In this document: positions 51,231-60,085 of the stretch, piece after piece | Layout: the number at the start of each line of letters is the position of its first letter | Numbering within the stretch: the first letter of the stretch is position 1 | From: Candidatus Cloacimonadales bacterium | GTDB lineage: Bacteria; Cloacimonadota; Cloacimonadia; Cloacimonadales; DAONDQ01 | Direction: 5' to 3' | Assembly: GCA_963662275.1 (NCBI GenBank) | Contig: OY759316.1 | Coordinates: 3,680,001-3,744,000, forward strand | DNA: 64,000 nt | The notes under the pieces: generated by a model | What the model was told of the DNA's origin: nothing | Databases searched by the model: none | What the model saw: only the letters and a program-made list of their open reading frames with translations | Program-made: the position numbers and the translations under genes

Positions 51231-53399
51231 ATGTTATCATTCCGCGAAGTCGTCAGTAAAATTGCCTTCATACCGAAAGCGATATTGAACTCATACAGTA
51301 TTATTCTATTTTCATATAATCGCTGGATCGGTTTATTACTATTGTCCAGTACTTTTCTTGCTCCTATTGTAGGGATATCCGGATTGATTGGAGTCCTAAT
51401 CGCACTATTAACAGCAAGGTTACTAGGATTTGAACCTTGGAACTCAACCTCAGGGATCTTGTCATTCAATAGCCTTCTGACTTGCCTTGGAATCGGATTT
51501 TATTTTCCCGTCGCAAGCTATGGTCTTGGTGTGTTATATCTTTTACTTTTCATTGGATCGATATTCACATTATTGCTGTATATCACACTCGATAATTTGC
51601 TCTATGGCAAACTGAAAATACCCTCGATGAGTATGTCATTTTCCATCGTATCTATCTTTATGTGGCTGTTTTTAATGCGCATTGGACATAGTCAGCACTT
51701 GCCTCATAACCAGATGTACGTAATGAATTTCACACCTGTTGTACCTGTATTTGTGCTGAATTATTTCCAAAGTATAGGTGGTATATTCTTTCAACCCTAT
51801 TTCCTGACAGGACTATGTATCGCTGTTGCCTTGTTTTTCATTAGTCGGATAGGATTTCTACTATCAATCATTGGATATACCGTTGGGTATTTTTTCATCA
51901 TTCACTGGGGAGGTAAGGGAGCAAGCGATGTCTTTTATCCCGGTTTCAACATGATGTTGGCAGCTTTTGCGATTGGCGGAATCTTTCTTGTTCCAAGTAG
52001 AATATCCTATTTGTTAGCGATTATAGCTGCCTTCATTGGAATAGTCATTGCGTTCTCCATTGAAACATTATTTCGTGATTTCATGATTCCCCCATTTGCA
52101 TTGCCTTTCAATGTTACCGTTTATATGATAATCTATGCCTTACAATTACGTCTCAAGAATCGAAATCCCTATGTGAATGACTTTAATATACTTCACCCGG
52201 AATTAGCTTTGGAATATTACTTATCCCATATCAACCGTTTTGCCCGTTCAGGAGTTCCCCAGTTCTTCTTACCTATTACAGGTGAATGGACAGTGACCCA
52301 GGGAAATCATGGTGAAATCACACATAAATCAGATTGGGCATATGCCTGGGATTTTGAAATAATGGATCGGGAAGGTAAGAATTATCATCATCATGCCGAG
52401 GAAGTTGATGATTATTATTGTTATGGAAAAGCCGTTTATGCTTCTGCAGGTGGATACGTGGCAAAAATAGTGGATGGTATTGCAGATAATCGAATCAATC
52501 AAATCAATACCGAACAGAAATGGGGTAATTATCTGACCATACAGCACGGTATTGGTGTTTATTCACTTTACGCACATTTAAAATCGGGTAGTGTGAAATT
52601 GAAAGTCGGTGATTATATCCCGCAGGGAGAGAAAATTGCTTTGATTGGTAATTCAGGACGCTCTGCTGTACCGCATCTTCATTTTCATATCCAGACCACA
52701 TATGAAGCCGGCTCAAAAACTTTATTCAGCAATATAGCCAATTATAAGAAACGGGAAAAGGTCAGCCAATCACATTTTATCAGTTTTGGAAATCCGAAGC
52801 TAGCTGATTTGATTTCTCCCCTCATGGCAGAATTGAATTTGCAGGAAATTATGCATTTTCTGCTTTTCCAGAAATTATCCTTTGATGTTACCATTGGGAA
52901 ACGGCATTTTGAAGAAAATTGGGAAGTGGAAGTGACACTAATCGGAACATTTAATATCCACTCTGACCGGGGTAGTTATCTTGATTTCTCCGTTTACAAC
53001 GGTATATATAACGCTCTTGCATTCCGGGGTAATCGGAAAAGTGCCTTATATGCCTTCGCCTTATTGCTTTCCAGATATCCCTATGCAGAGAATCAAACGC
53101 TCGAGTGGAATGATACACCTTCATTCTCTGTAATGATGAAACCATTAATAAAACAAATTGTCTTATTGATTTCTTCTATTGGGAATCCTTTCAAATTTAA
53201 TACAAAATCAATTTCTCATTCGGAAGATAATAAACATGAAGTCGAATCTCTGACAACTGTAAGTTTTTTGGGAAAACTATTGATTAGCTACGAAGGTAGG
53301 ATTCAAATGGAAAAAAAGACTGGTATCGAGATGATCGATATTCACAAGAATGGAAAAGAATATTTACAAGCGCAAAGAATTCAGGATAAGAAATCCTGA
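51231..53399 (+). CDS. Urea-transporter-like membrane domain fused to an M23 peptidase
   Basis: About ten TM segments with FNSLL / PPFALPF, then H..WAYAWD, YAHL and GNSGRSAVPHLHF. Confidence 0.8.
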   Translation: MLSFREVVSKIAFIPKAILNSYSIILFSYNRWIGLLLLSSTFLAPIVGISGLIGVLIALLTARLLGFEPWNSTSGILSFNSLLTCLGIGFYFPVASYGLGVLYLLLFIGSIFTLLLYITLDNLLYGKLKIPSMSMSFSIVSIFMWLFLMRIGHSQHLPHNQMYVMNFTPVVPVFVLNYFQSIGGIFFQPYFLTGLCIAVALFFISRIGFLLSIIGYTVGYFFIIHWGGKGASDVFYPGFNMMLAAFAIGGIFLVPSRISYLLAIIAAFIGIVIAFSIETLFRDFMIPPFALPFNVTVYMIIYALQLRLKNRNPYVNDFNILHPELALEYYLSHINRFARSGVPQFFLPITGEWTVTQGNHGEITHKSDWAYAWDFEIMDREGKNYHHHAEEVDDYYCYGKAVYASAGGYVAKIVDGIADNRINQINTEQKWGNYLTIQHGIGVYSLYAHLKSGSVKLKVGDYIPQGEKIALIGNSGRSAVPHLHFHIQTTYEAGSKTLFSNIANYKKREKVSQSHFISFGNPKLADLISPLMAELNLQEIMHFLLFQKLSFDVTIGKRHFEENWEVEVTLIGTFNIHSDRGSYLDFSVYNGIYNALAFRGNRKSALYAFALLLSRYPYAENQTLEWNDTPSFSVMMKPLIKQIVLLISSIGNPFKFNTKSISHSEDNKHEVESLTTVSFLGKLLISYEGRIQMEKKTGIEMIDIHKNGKEYLQAQRIQDKKS

Positions 53400-53416
53400 T
53401 AGATTAAGGAGACATA

Positions 53417-54025
53417 ATGACTAAGATTTCTTCCATCATAATAATGGTGCTTTTCATAAGTAACATATTATTTGCTCAACCTGCAGCAACACTGCTTCAA
53501 ACATCTTATAATGCAGAAGCCGGCAATAATTTCCAGCTTGCTATTGAATCGATAAAAACCATAGAAAAAGACAACGATGCAGATCCATTTTATAAGTTGA
53601 GACTGGGATGGCTTTATTATAGCTCTGGTCAGTACCAATCTGCTTTGGATTACTATACGAAAGCATCTTCCCTTACAAATTGCCTGGAAGCTAAGGAAGG
53701 TATCATCAATTCTGCTTATTTGCTGGGAAAATGGGATAAAGTCATTGCTACCGGAAATCTGATACTAGATAAATTCCCCGATCATTATTCAGCATTAACA
53801 AAGACTGCTTATTCACAATATGTCCTTAAGAACTATGTAGCTGCTGCCAGTATTTACTATAAGTTACTGAATTATTATCAGTATAACTTGGAAATACGTG
53901 GTTATTACTTAAGCTGCCAGGTTCTTGCAGGTGATCTTGTCAATGCCAAGAGAACATTCCAACAATTGCAGCAATACAGTCCGAACAATCCTTTTATTCT
54001 TGAATATGCCAAGAAATTCCGTTGA
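53417..54025 (+). CDS. Secreted TPR protein
   Basis: Signal peptide; LRLGWLYYSSGQYQSALDYY and further TPR-like helices. Confidence 0.75.
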   Translation: MTKISSIIIMVLFISNILFAQPAATLLQTSYNAEAGNNFQLAIESIKTIEKDNDADPFYKLRLGWLYYSSGQYQSALDYYTKASSLTNCLEAKEGIINSAYLLGKWDKVIATGNLILDKFPDHYSALTKTAYSQYVLKNYVAAASIYYKLLNYYQYNLEIRGYYLSCQVLAGDLVNAKRTFQQLQQYSPNNPFILEYAKKFR

Positions 54026-54038
54026 TTAAGTTGAAGTA

Positions 54039-55388
54039 ATGAAATTTTCTTTGCTGCTTGTCGTGTTGTGTATTACCAGTATTTTACTTGCTCAATCTAA
54101 TGAAGCAGATGTCCAAGATAGTACCAGGTATATTCAAAACCCTGTTGAAAGTCCAGTTCAACATAATCTGCAAGCTTATGAGTTAATGATGGCTGGTCAT
54201 TATACTCTGGCACTCAAGGAATATGAAATTGCGTTAAAGCTCAATTCATCTGATTCCGTTGCCCGTGAAGGAATTCTCTGGGCTAATAATAGCCTTCATC
54301 GTTGGAAAAATACGATTACCACAGGTCAGAAATACCTGAAAAAGTTTGGTTATGATGCAAACATCGAATTATATCTTGCCTATGCATACTTTGCAAAAAC
54401 AGATTATCTACATGCCCGTCAGTGTTATCTATGGAGCTCTGAATACTTAGGCTGGTATGCAGCAAATACTTCTGGGATGGCTTGGACTTTTCGTATGTTA
54501 GGTGATCATACCAGGGAAAGGAAATTCACTCGAAAATGGGAAATGCTTGTTCCGGATTCACTGAAGGCAATTGTATCTCCCCCCCCCTATCCTCTATATC
54601 TTGGTCATGCTCAATATGCATATTCTACCTGGAATGATAACGAAAAGTCTTTTTTACAGCATTACACTCTTCGCTATCAGAATATTGCAGTTACTTGCGG
54701 AGTAGAAGATATTTGGCAGAATCATCATCTCCTAAGAACTGACTATCTTGCCTCCCTGAATTGGGAAACTCCTATAAGCAGCATGGAATGGAGAGGTAAC
54801 TGGCTGAAAGGGGATTATTCAAATTTATACCCGGCAAATTCGCATTTGATTAGTATCAGTAAACTACTTTATGTATCTAAAACACAGTTAGTTCCGGAAA
54901 TTAATGCAGGATACTCATATTATCCTGTTCTTTCGGTATCACAAATAGCCTTCAAACAATCCTATATTCGTGATTCCTGGTGGTTTAGTTATAGCCATGC
55001 TTTGATATATAAGGATTATGATAGTCCCGGTTTGGATTCCAGGAGTAATTGGGCTACCTGGGATGTTGGGACTAGGTTATTAACTAACCTAACTGTTGAT
55101 TTCTATACATCTCATGGTGATCGGACATTTTATGTGAGCAGGGAAATTGGTGTTGTTGATAACAACGTCTCAGCAAAACTGCAATATGGAGCATACTTAC
55201 AATACAATTACAGAATTTTAAATTTAGGGTGTAGTTACTCTAAATCAAAGCATAAGGATAATGAATATTCTTCAACTGTAAGTGTCAATCTCGGGATTGA
55301 TTATTCCCTGAAGGCAACGTATAACGCTGATCATGTTAAAGCTCATTCTGTAAAGCATGATGCCGAACATGCTGGAGTTAAATTCTAA
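54039..55388 (+). CDS. TPR + probable outer-membrane beta-barrel protein
   Basis: Signal peptide; N-terminal TPR helices; alternating aromatic beta-strand pattern in the C-terminal half; terminal Phe. Confidence 0.55.
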   Translation: MKFSLLLVVLCITSILLAQSNEADVQDSTRYIQNPVESPVQHNLQAYELMMAGHYTLALKEYEIALKLNSSDSVAREGILWANNSLHRWKNTITTGQKYLKKFGYDANIELYLAYAYFAKTDYLHARQCYLWSSEYLGWYAANTSGMAWTFRMLGDHTRERKFTRKWEMLVPDSLKAIVSPPPYPLYLGHAQYAYSTWNDNEKSFLQHYTLRYQNIAVTCGVEDIWQNHHLLRTDYLASLNWETPISSMEWRGNWLKGDYSNLYPANSHLISISKLLYVSKTQLVPEINAGYSYYPVLSVSQIAFKQSYIRDSWWFSYSHALIYKDYDSPGLDSRSNWATWDVGTRLLTNLTVDFYTSHGDRTFYVSREIGVVDNNVSAKLQYGAYLQYNYRILNLGCSYSKSKHKDNEYSSTVSVNLGIDYSLKATYNADHVKAHSVKHDAEHAGVKF

Positions 55389-58300
55389 TGAAAGTACGTA
55401 TCTTATTCTTTCTGTGTATCTTCTGCCTTCTCTTAGTCAGTTGCGATAAACGCCATAATAGTAAACTTCCAACCGGTATCTCTCCCTTTGATTATATTGA
55501 AAGTAACATCATTTCCGACAGTACAAATTACCTGGTTCGGAGCACAAATGATGATTCATATATTTTTATTAATAAAACAGCTATTTCCAGTAGTGTCTTG
55601 AAGAAAGGCGATTATCTTTGGTTTTCTCATACCCAGAGTTTTTCAGCCCGTGATTCCGTTGCCATTGCCGATGGGATGAGTCCTATTACAGATGCGCTTT
55701 ATTTCTATGTATATCGTGATTCCATTATGATTCCTATGCAATTCAACACAGGCATGGTCAAGCTCTTTACAAAACCTTTATCAGCTCTTTCCAATGTGAA
55801 AGTGTTGCGTTTTGATGAGAAGTATATTACTTCAGATCATGTGACAGGCATTGCTATGGATAAAGATAATGCCGTCATACCTGTTTCCAAGACAGGTTTC
55901 TTCCAATATTATCAACAGGGGGAAGTTTCCACCTCTGTGGAGTTCACAAGCAACGGTCAAAACTTTTATGCCTGGCATCCTGACTTTTCCACATTTCTTC
56001 CTGCTGATACACAATGGAATGAAAAACATCTGAAATTTACAGAACAAAGCACTTTAACATCCACGCAACAAACACAGGTGGAAACAGTCTTCCCTAGTTT
56101 CGCACAAACGGATAAGATTATTACCTATGAATTATCGGCTGCCGTTACGACAACTCTTTATCCTGAAATCAGGATGTGGAAACAGCCTGCCAAGTTTACT
56201 CCCCAAATGGTTGTATTCCAGCCCGGGACTACAAGTAGCATGTATAGCCTCGATACAGTGGATGATCTTTGGTTAGACCAGGTTACATATAAGGATATAT
56301 ACCTGAAATACCAGGGTACTTATTGCTTCGTCAGCCCTTTATCAGCACAAAACCAGATCACCATTCCTCTCGATGGCACCTTGTCTCAATTGTATTTAAA
56401 CAGGTTATATCTAGATTTGAGAGGGGTTACATTATCGAATGGAAGTCTCAACATCGATCTTTCAAATTACAGCAGAACACTTCCTGCTATATATAATGGA
56501 ACTATTTTCAATGTAACAGATCAAAAACTGCCAGTTACATTTTCTTTTATGCAAAATGGAAGTCCATTAACTGAATTACCGGATTCTCTTTGGATAGAAG
56601 TTGGTATTTCCCTTCCTTCTGGTACAGATACATCAAACCAAAAGTGGTTTGGATATCATTTGGATGATTCTTTGGAAGAATCATTGTACTATTCACTGGG
56701 TACATCTTATGATGCAACGCATTACTCAGTAGCAAATCAATATTTGTTTTTTCCCCTGGCGTTAAGTGGTTTATACTTTTTAGGATCAGATAGCAATACA
56801 TCCCAGTCTTTTACTATCCCTGTCATTCGTGAGTCGGCAATTTACCAGATACGGAATATGACTATCAGTTATGGCGGGGCAATTACGGCAAACTTGAGTC
56901 ATTATTACTTGAATCTGCAACCTCAAGTGGATTTAACACAACCCATATTCCAAGGGAAGCCATATGAGTTAAGCGGAACACAGGCTGCATTCAAGGCTGG
57001 TTTTTTCAAGAATAATGCCTGGACAGATGATGTTCCAAAAACACATCTTATCCAATATCGAAATAACAGACGAAGCCGTAGTAATCATATCCTTATTTAT
57101 AAAAATACTGATGACTGGCAAAAGACGGTTTTACTGACATCAGGTAATCAACTGGATGTAAGCCACTTTGTGCAAAGCGGAACAGATTACACGATTGGTG
57201 GCATCATGGGAGGCAATTACATCCTGACGAATGTGGATAACCTGTCTTCAGCAAGTATCGATTTTGCTCTGTACAGTCACATGTACATAGATTTTGGCTG
57301 CTTGCGAATTTCACGTGATACAGACAATGCAATTCCTTCCGATTATTATCTGCGTGCCCAGATTGATCGCTATATGCCGAGAAACGGCAGGACTTTACCT
57401 GCAATATTCCAGGGTGATATCTTTGATGTGAATGATCCCAAGATACCCGTTACGCTTTCCTATCAGCATAATGGTTCCACTGTAACCAGCCTTCCTGATT
57501 CCTTGTGGATGGAAGTGGGGATTTCACTACCATCAGGTACGGATACTACTGGACAAAGCTGGTTTGGATATCATTTGGACAGCACCATCGAAGAAGAATT
57601 CTATTCGACCCAAGCGACTTCTTATGATGCAAGTCACTATACAGTTGCAAATCAATTCCTGTATATTCCCCTTGCAGTAAGCGGTTTGTATTTTTTAGGA
57701 TCAGACAGCAACACTTCCCAGGAACATTTAATACCAGTTCTACGTGATGCGGCTTATTACCAGATGCCAAATATATCTGTCAGTTATGCAGGAGCTAAAA
57801 CAGCCGGTCTGAGTAAGTACTATTTGAATCTGCATCCGCAGGTTGATTTAACTCAGTCAATCTTTCAGAGTAAACCATATCAGTTGAGTAATACCATTGC
57901 TGCATTTCGTGCTGGGTTCTACCAGGGTAATGATGAGAATGCAACTTGGACTGAAACTGTACCCAGCAGTCACGTCATTCAATATAGAAGTTCAAGACGT
58001 AATCGCAGCAACCATATTTTAATCTACAGCAATACGGATAACTGGCAAAAAGTGTTATTGCAGAAAAATGGCAGCCAGATCGATGGAACACATTTTATGC
58101 AAAGCGGTTCAGATTATACGATTGGTGGTATTTTGGGAGGTACTTATCTATTGGCAAATGTGGATAATATAGCTGCCACTAACATCAATTTCGCTTTGTA
58201 CAGCCATATGTATCTTGATTTTGACCGAGTGAAGCTGTTTCATAGTTCTTCTGATGCTGAGCCAACAGGATACTATCTGAATACCAGGATTGACAATACA

Positions 58301-59071
58301 TTCCCTGATAGCCGAAATATCATTCAAAATCAATATCAATTACAGCAGACATCCTGGAATTACCATATTACTGCATATAATGCCACTTCACAGATTGATG
58401 CAGCCTTTTTGAAGCAGTATCAGCCTGTACTGTATTTTGCTACAACACAAAGGAACACGCCAACATTGGTGCACTTAAATCAAGACCAGGATTACCGTAT
58501 CTACACCTATCCTCAAGGTACAACACTAACTGCATATAATTATATTTCAATTAACGGATTTGAAGAAGTGATACCAAGCTACAATGGCGACTATTGCTCT
58601 TTCAGTGATTCCAGCCCACATACTGCCATCACTACGCTAATACATGCCACGACAACGGAATTAATTACTTCATTATACCAGGCACAATTTATTTTACCCG
58701 CTTTTTTTGTTAATACTGCTTTTCCAGTCGGGTATAAAATAAACCTCTCTGAAACAACAGAAGCGCCCGTGGGTACCCAGTTATTGTCCGGTTATCGCTT
58801 AATTTTTCTTGATAATAACAATAATCCTATTGATTTGAATCTTATTCAAGACTATGTGACTACGAATTACCCTTATATGTATCTGCCTTTCCCCCCAGCG
58901 AATGTTTCCAGCAACTTTCATGTACGATATATCAATGCCTTGGGAGTCAGTACTGATTATTCGAGAGTAACAAGTTTCAGCGGGACTTCCTCTACGGAGT
59001 TTATAGTAGTTGGCAATTGTGTTGTTTTGCCTGTTAATGCAAGGGGAAGATACCTGATTTCTTCTAATTAA
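55388..59071 (+). CDS. Large lipoprotein with a ~305-aa internal duplication
   Basis: Lipobox LLVSC; repeats begin RTLPAI at 56474 and 57389. Confidence 0.75.
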   Translation: MKVRILFFLCIFCLLLVSCDKRHNSKLPTGISPFDYIESNIISDSTNYLVRSTNDDSYIFINKTAISSSVLKKGDYLWFSHTQSFSARDSVAIADGMSPITDALYFYVYRDSIMIPMQFNTGMVKLFTKPLSALSNVKVLRFDEKYITSDHVTGIAMDKDNAVIPVSKTGFFQYYQQGEVSTSVEFTSNGQNFYAWHPDFSTFLPADTQWNEKHLKFTEQSTLTSTQQTQVETVFPSFAQTDKIITYELSAAVTTTLYPEIRMWKQPAKFTPQMVVFQPGTTSSMYSLDTVDDLWLDQVTYKDIYLKYQGTYCFVSPLSAQNQITIPLDGTLSQLYLNRLYLDLRGVTLSNGSLNIDLSNYSRTLPAIYNGTIFNVTDQKLPVTFSFMQNGSPLTELPDSLWIEVGISLPSGTDTSNQKWFGYHLDDSLEESLYYSLGTSYDATHYSVANQYLFFPLALSGLYFLGSDSNTSQSFTIPVIRESAIYQIRNMTISYGGAITANLSHYYLNLQPQVDLTQPIFQGKPYELSGTQAAFKAGFFKNNAWTDDVPKTHLIQYRNNRRSRSNHILIYKNTDDWQKTVLLTSGNQLDVSHFVQSGTDYTIGGIMGGNYILTNVDNLSSASIDFALYSHMYIDFGCLRISRDTDNAIPSDYYLRAQIDRYMPRNGRTLPAIFQGDIFDVNDPKIPVTLSYQHNGSTVTSLPDSLWMEVGISLPSGTDTTGQSWFGYHLDSTIEEEFYSTQATSYDASHYTVANQFLYIPLAVSGLYFLGSDSNTSQEHLIPVLRDAAYYQMPNISVSYAGAKTAGLSKYYLNLHPQVDLTQSIFQSKPYQLSNTIAAFRAGFYQGNDENATWTETVPSSHVIQYRSSRRNRSNHILIYSNTDNWQKVLLQKNGSQIDGTHFMQSGSDYTIGGILGGTYLLANVDNIAATNINFALYSHMYLDFDRVKLFHSSSDAEPTGYYLNTRIDNTFPDSRNIIQNQYQLQQTSWNYHITAYNATSQIDAAFLKQYQPVLYFATTQRNTPTLVHLNQDQDYRIYTYPQGTTLTAYNYISINGFEEVIPSYNGDYCSFSDSSPHTAITTLIHATTTELITSLYQAQFILPAFFVNTAFPVGYKINLSETTEAPVGTQLLSGYRLIFLDNNNNPIDLNLIQDYVTTNYPYMYLPFPPANVSSNFHVRYINALGVSTDYSRVTSFSGTSSTEFIVVGNCVVLPVNARGRYLISSN

Positions 59072-59257
59072 TCATTGTAAAGCGGAACTCTGTTCCTGCT
59101 AAATCTCTGAGGACACCACTCCTGTTGAAAACGAATATCTGGAATGGTCTTTATATCTTCTCTTTCAGCAACCAAACGATACCCTATCATTATACCCGAA
59201 TAATCCTTATTCTAATCCAATTTGAAACTTGTATCATTCCAGTTTCTCGAAACAGGA

Positions 59258-59301
59258 ATGAAACTGGCATGAAACTGGTATGAAACTGGTATGAAACTGG
59301 A
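59258..59301. repeat. 11-bp tandem repeat ATGAAACTGGN x4
   Basis: Direct reading. Confidence 0.85.
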
Positions 59302-59463
59302 TAGAACTTGGTATAATCTTAGGGGAATATTAGTGAATTGTGACCCTTCCTGGACATAATTTATAATTGATATACATACTCATGAAGGATATGCATCTTG
59401 TCCCAAATTGCAAATGTCTGCATGAAATGTGATTTCACACAGACATCAGCTTAACAGATCGTG

Positions 59464-59712
59464 TTAAATTTCCATAAACTTGGCAGTGACATGCGGTAGA
59501 TCATTCAGCTTTTTCATAAATTCATCCACATTACAAAAATTTGCCCCCAATTGCAGAATAATCAAACCTGAAGAAGAGCATTTATCGGTTTCCACTTCAT
59601 GCAATCCCAGCCTGGTTTTGATACAGCAGCCAAATTCTGTAAGAATATTTTGCACATCAACGGCTTCAGTGTCTCTTTTTTCAATTCGAATCATGATTAA
59701 TTTGTATAACAT
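59464..59712 (-). CDS. Small ACT-like protein, TM1266/iron-only hydrogenase regulator-like
   Basis: VQNILTEFGCCIKTRLGLHE...GLIILQL; RBS GGAGG. Confidence 0.7.
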   Translation of the reverse strand: MLYKLIMIRIEKRDTEAVDVQNILTEFGCCIKTRLGLHEVETDKCSSSGLIILQLGANFCNVDEFMKKLNDLPHVTAKFMEI

Positions 59713-59795
59713 AATACCTCCATACTTTTTAAAATAATAACTGCTATTGATTTCAAGTCAATTAATTAATCCTGGTTTCGATAATCTTCTATCAG

Positions 59796-59915
59796 TACCA
59801 GGTTTCCTGGGATGGAAAGGATAAGAATAAACTTGCCTGTTCCAGCAGAATATACTTCTGTTGCTTGGAAACACAGTGACAAAGAATCACAAGGAAAATG
59901 CTGCTGCTGAAGTAA
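59796..59915 (+). pseudogene. CTD remnant of a lost paralog of 60086-62451
   Basis: YQVSWDGKDKNKLACSSRIYFCCLETQ*QRITRKMLLLK* versus ...WNGKDDNGNACSSGIYFCCLETQGQRITRKTMLMK*; the same GGGAACA tail follows both. Confidence 0.8.
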
Positions 59916-59940
59916 GGGAACAGGGAACAGATCCAGAAAA

Positions 59941-60050
59941 AGACCCCCCTACCCCCCTTCTCAAGGGGGGATTAGAACGGGGAGACTAAAATTAAGTTCA
60001 GATGCGACTCTCCTTACATTCCCCCCTTGAGAAGGGGGGTAGGGGGGTCT
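59941..60050. repeat. 31-bp perfect inverted repeat with 48-bp spacer (REPIN/MITE-like)
   Basis: AGACCCCCCTACCCCCCTTCTCAAGGGGGGA at 59941-59971 and its reverse complement at 60020-60050. Confidence 0.85.
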
Positions 60051-60085
60051 AAAGTAAGCGTTCCAATTAGAATCTTGGAGAAGAT

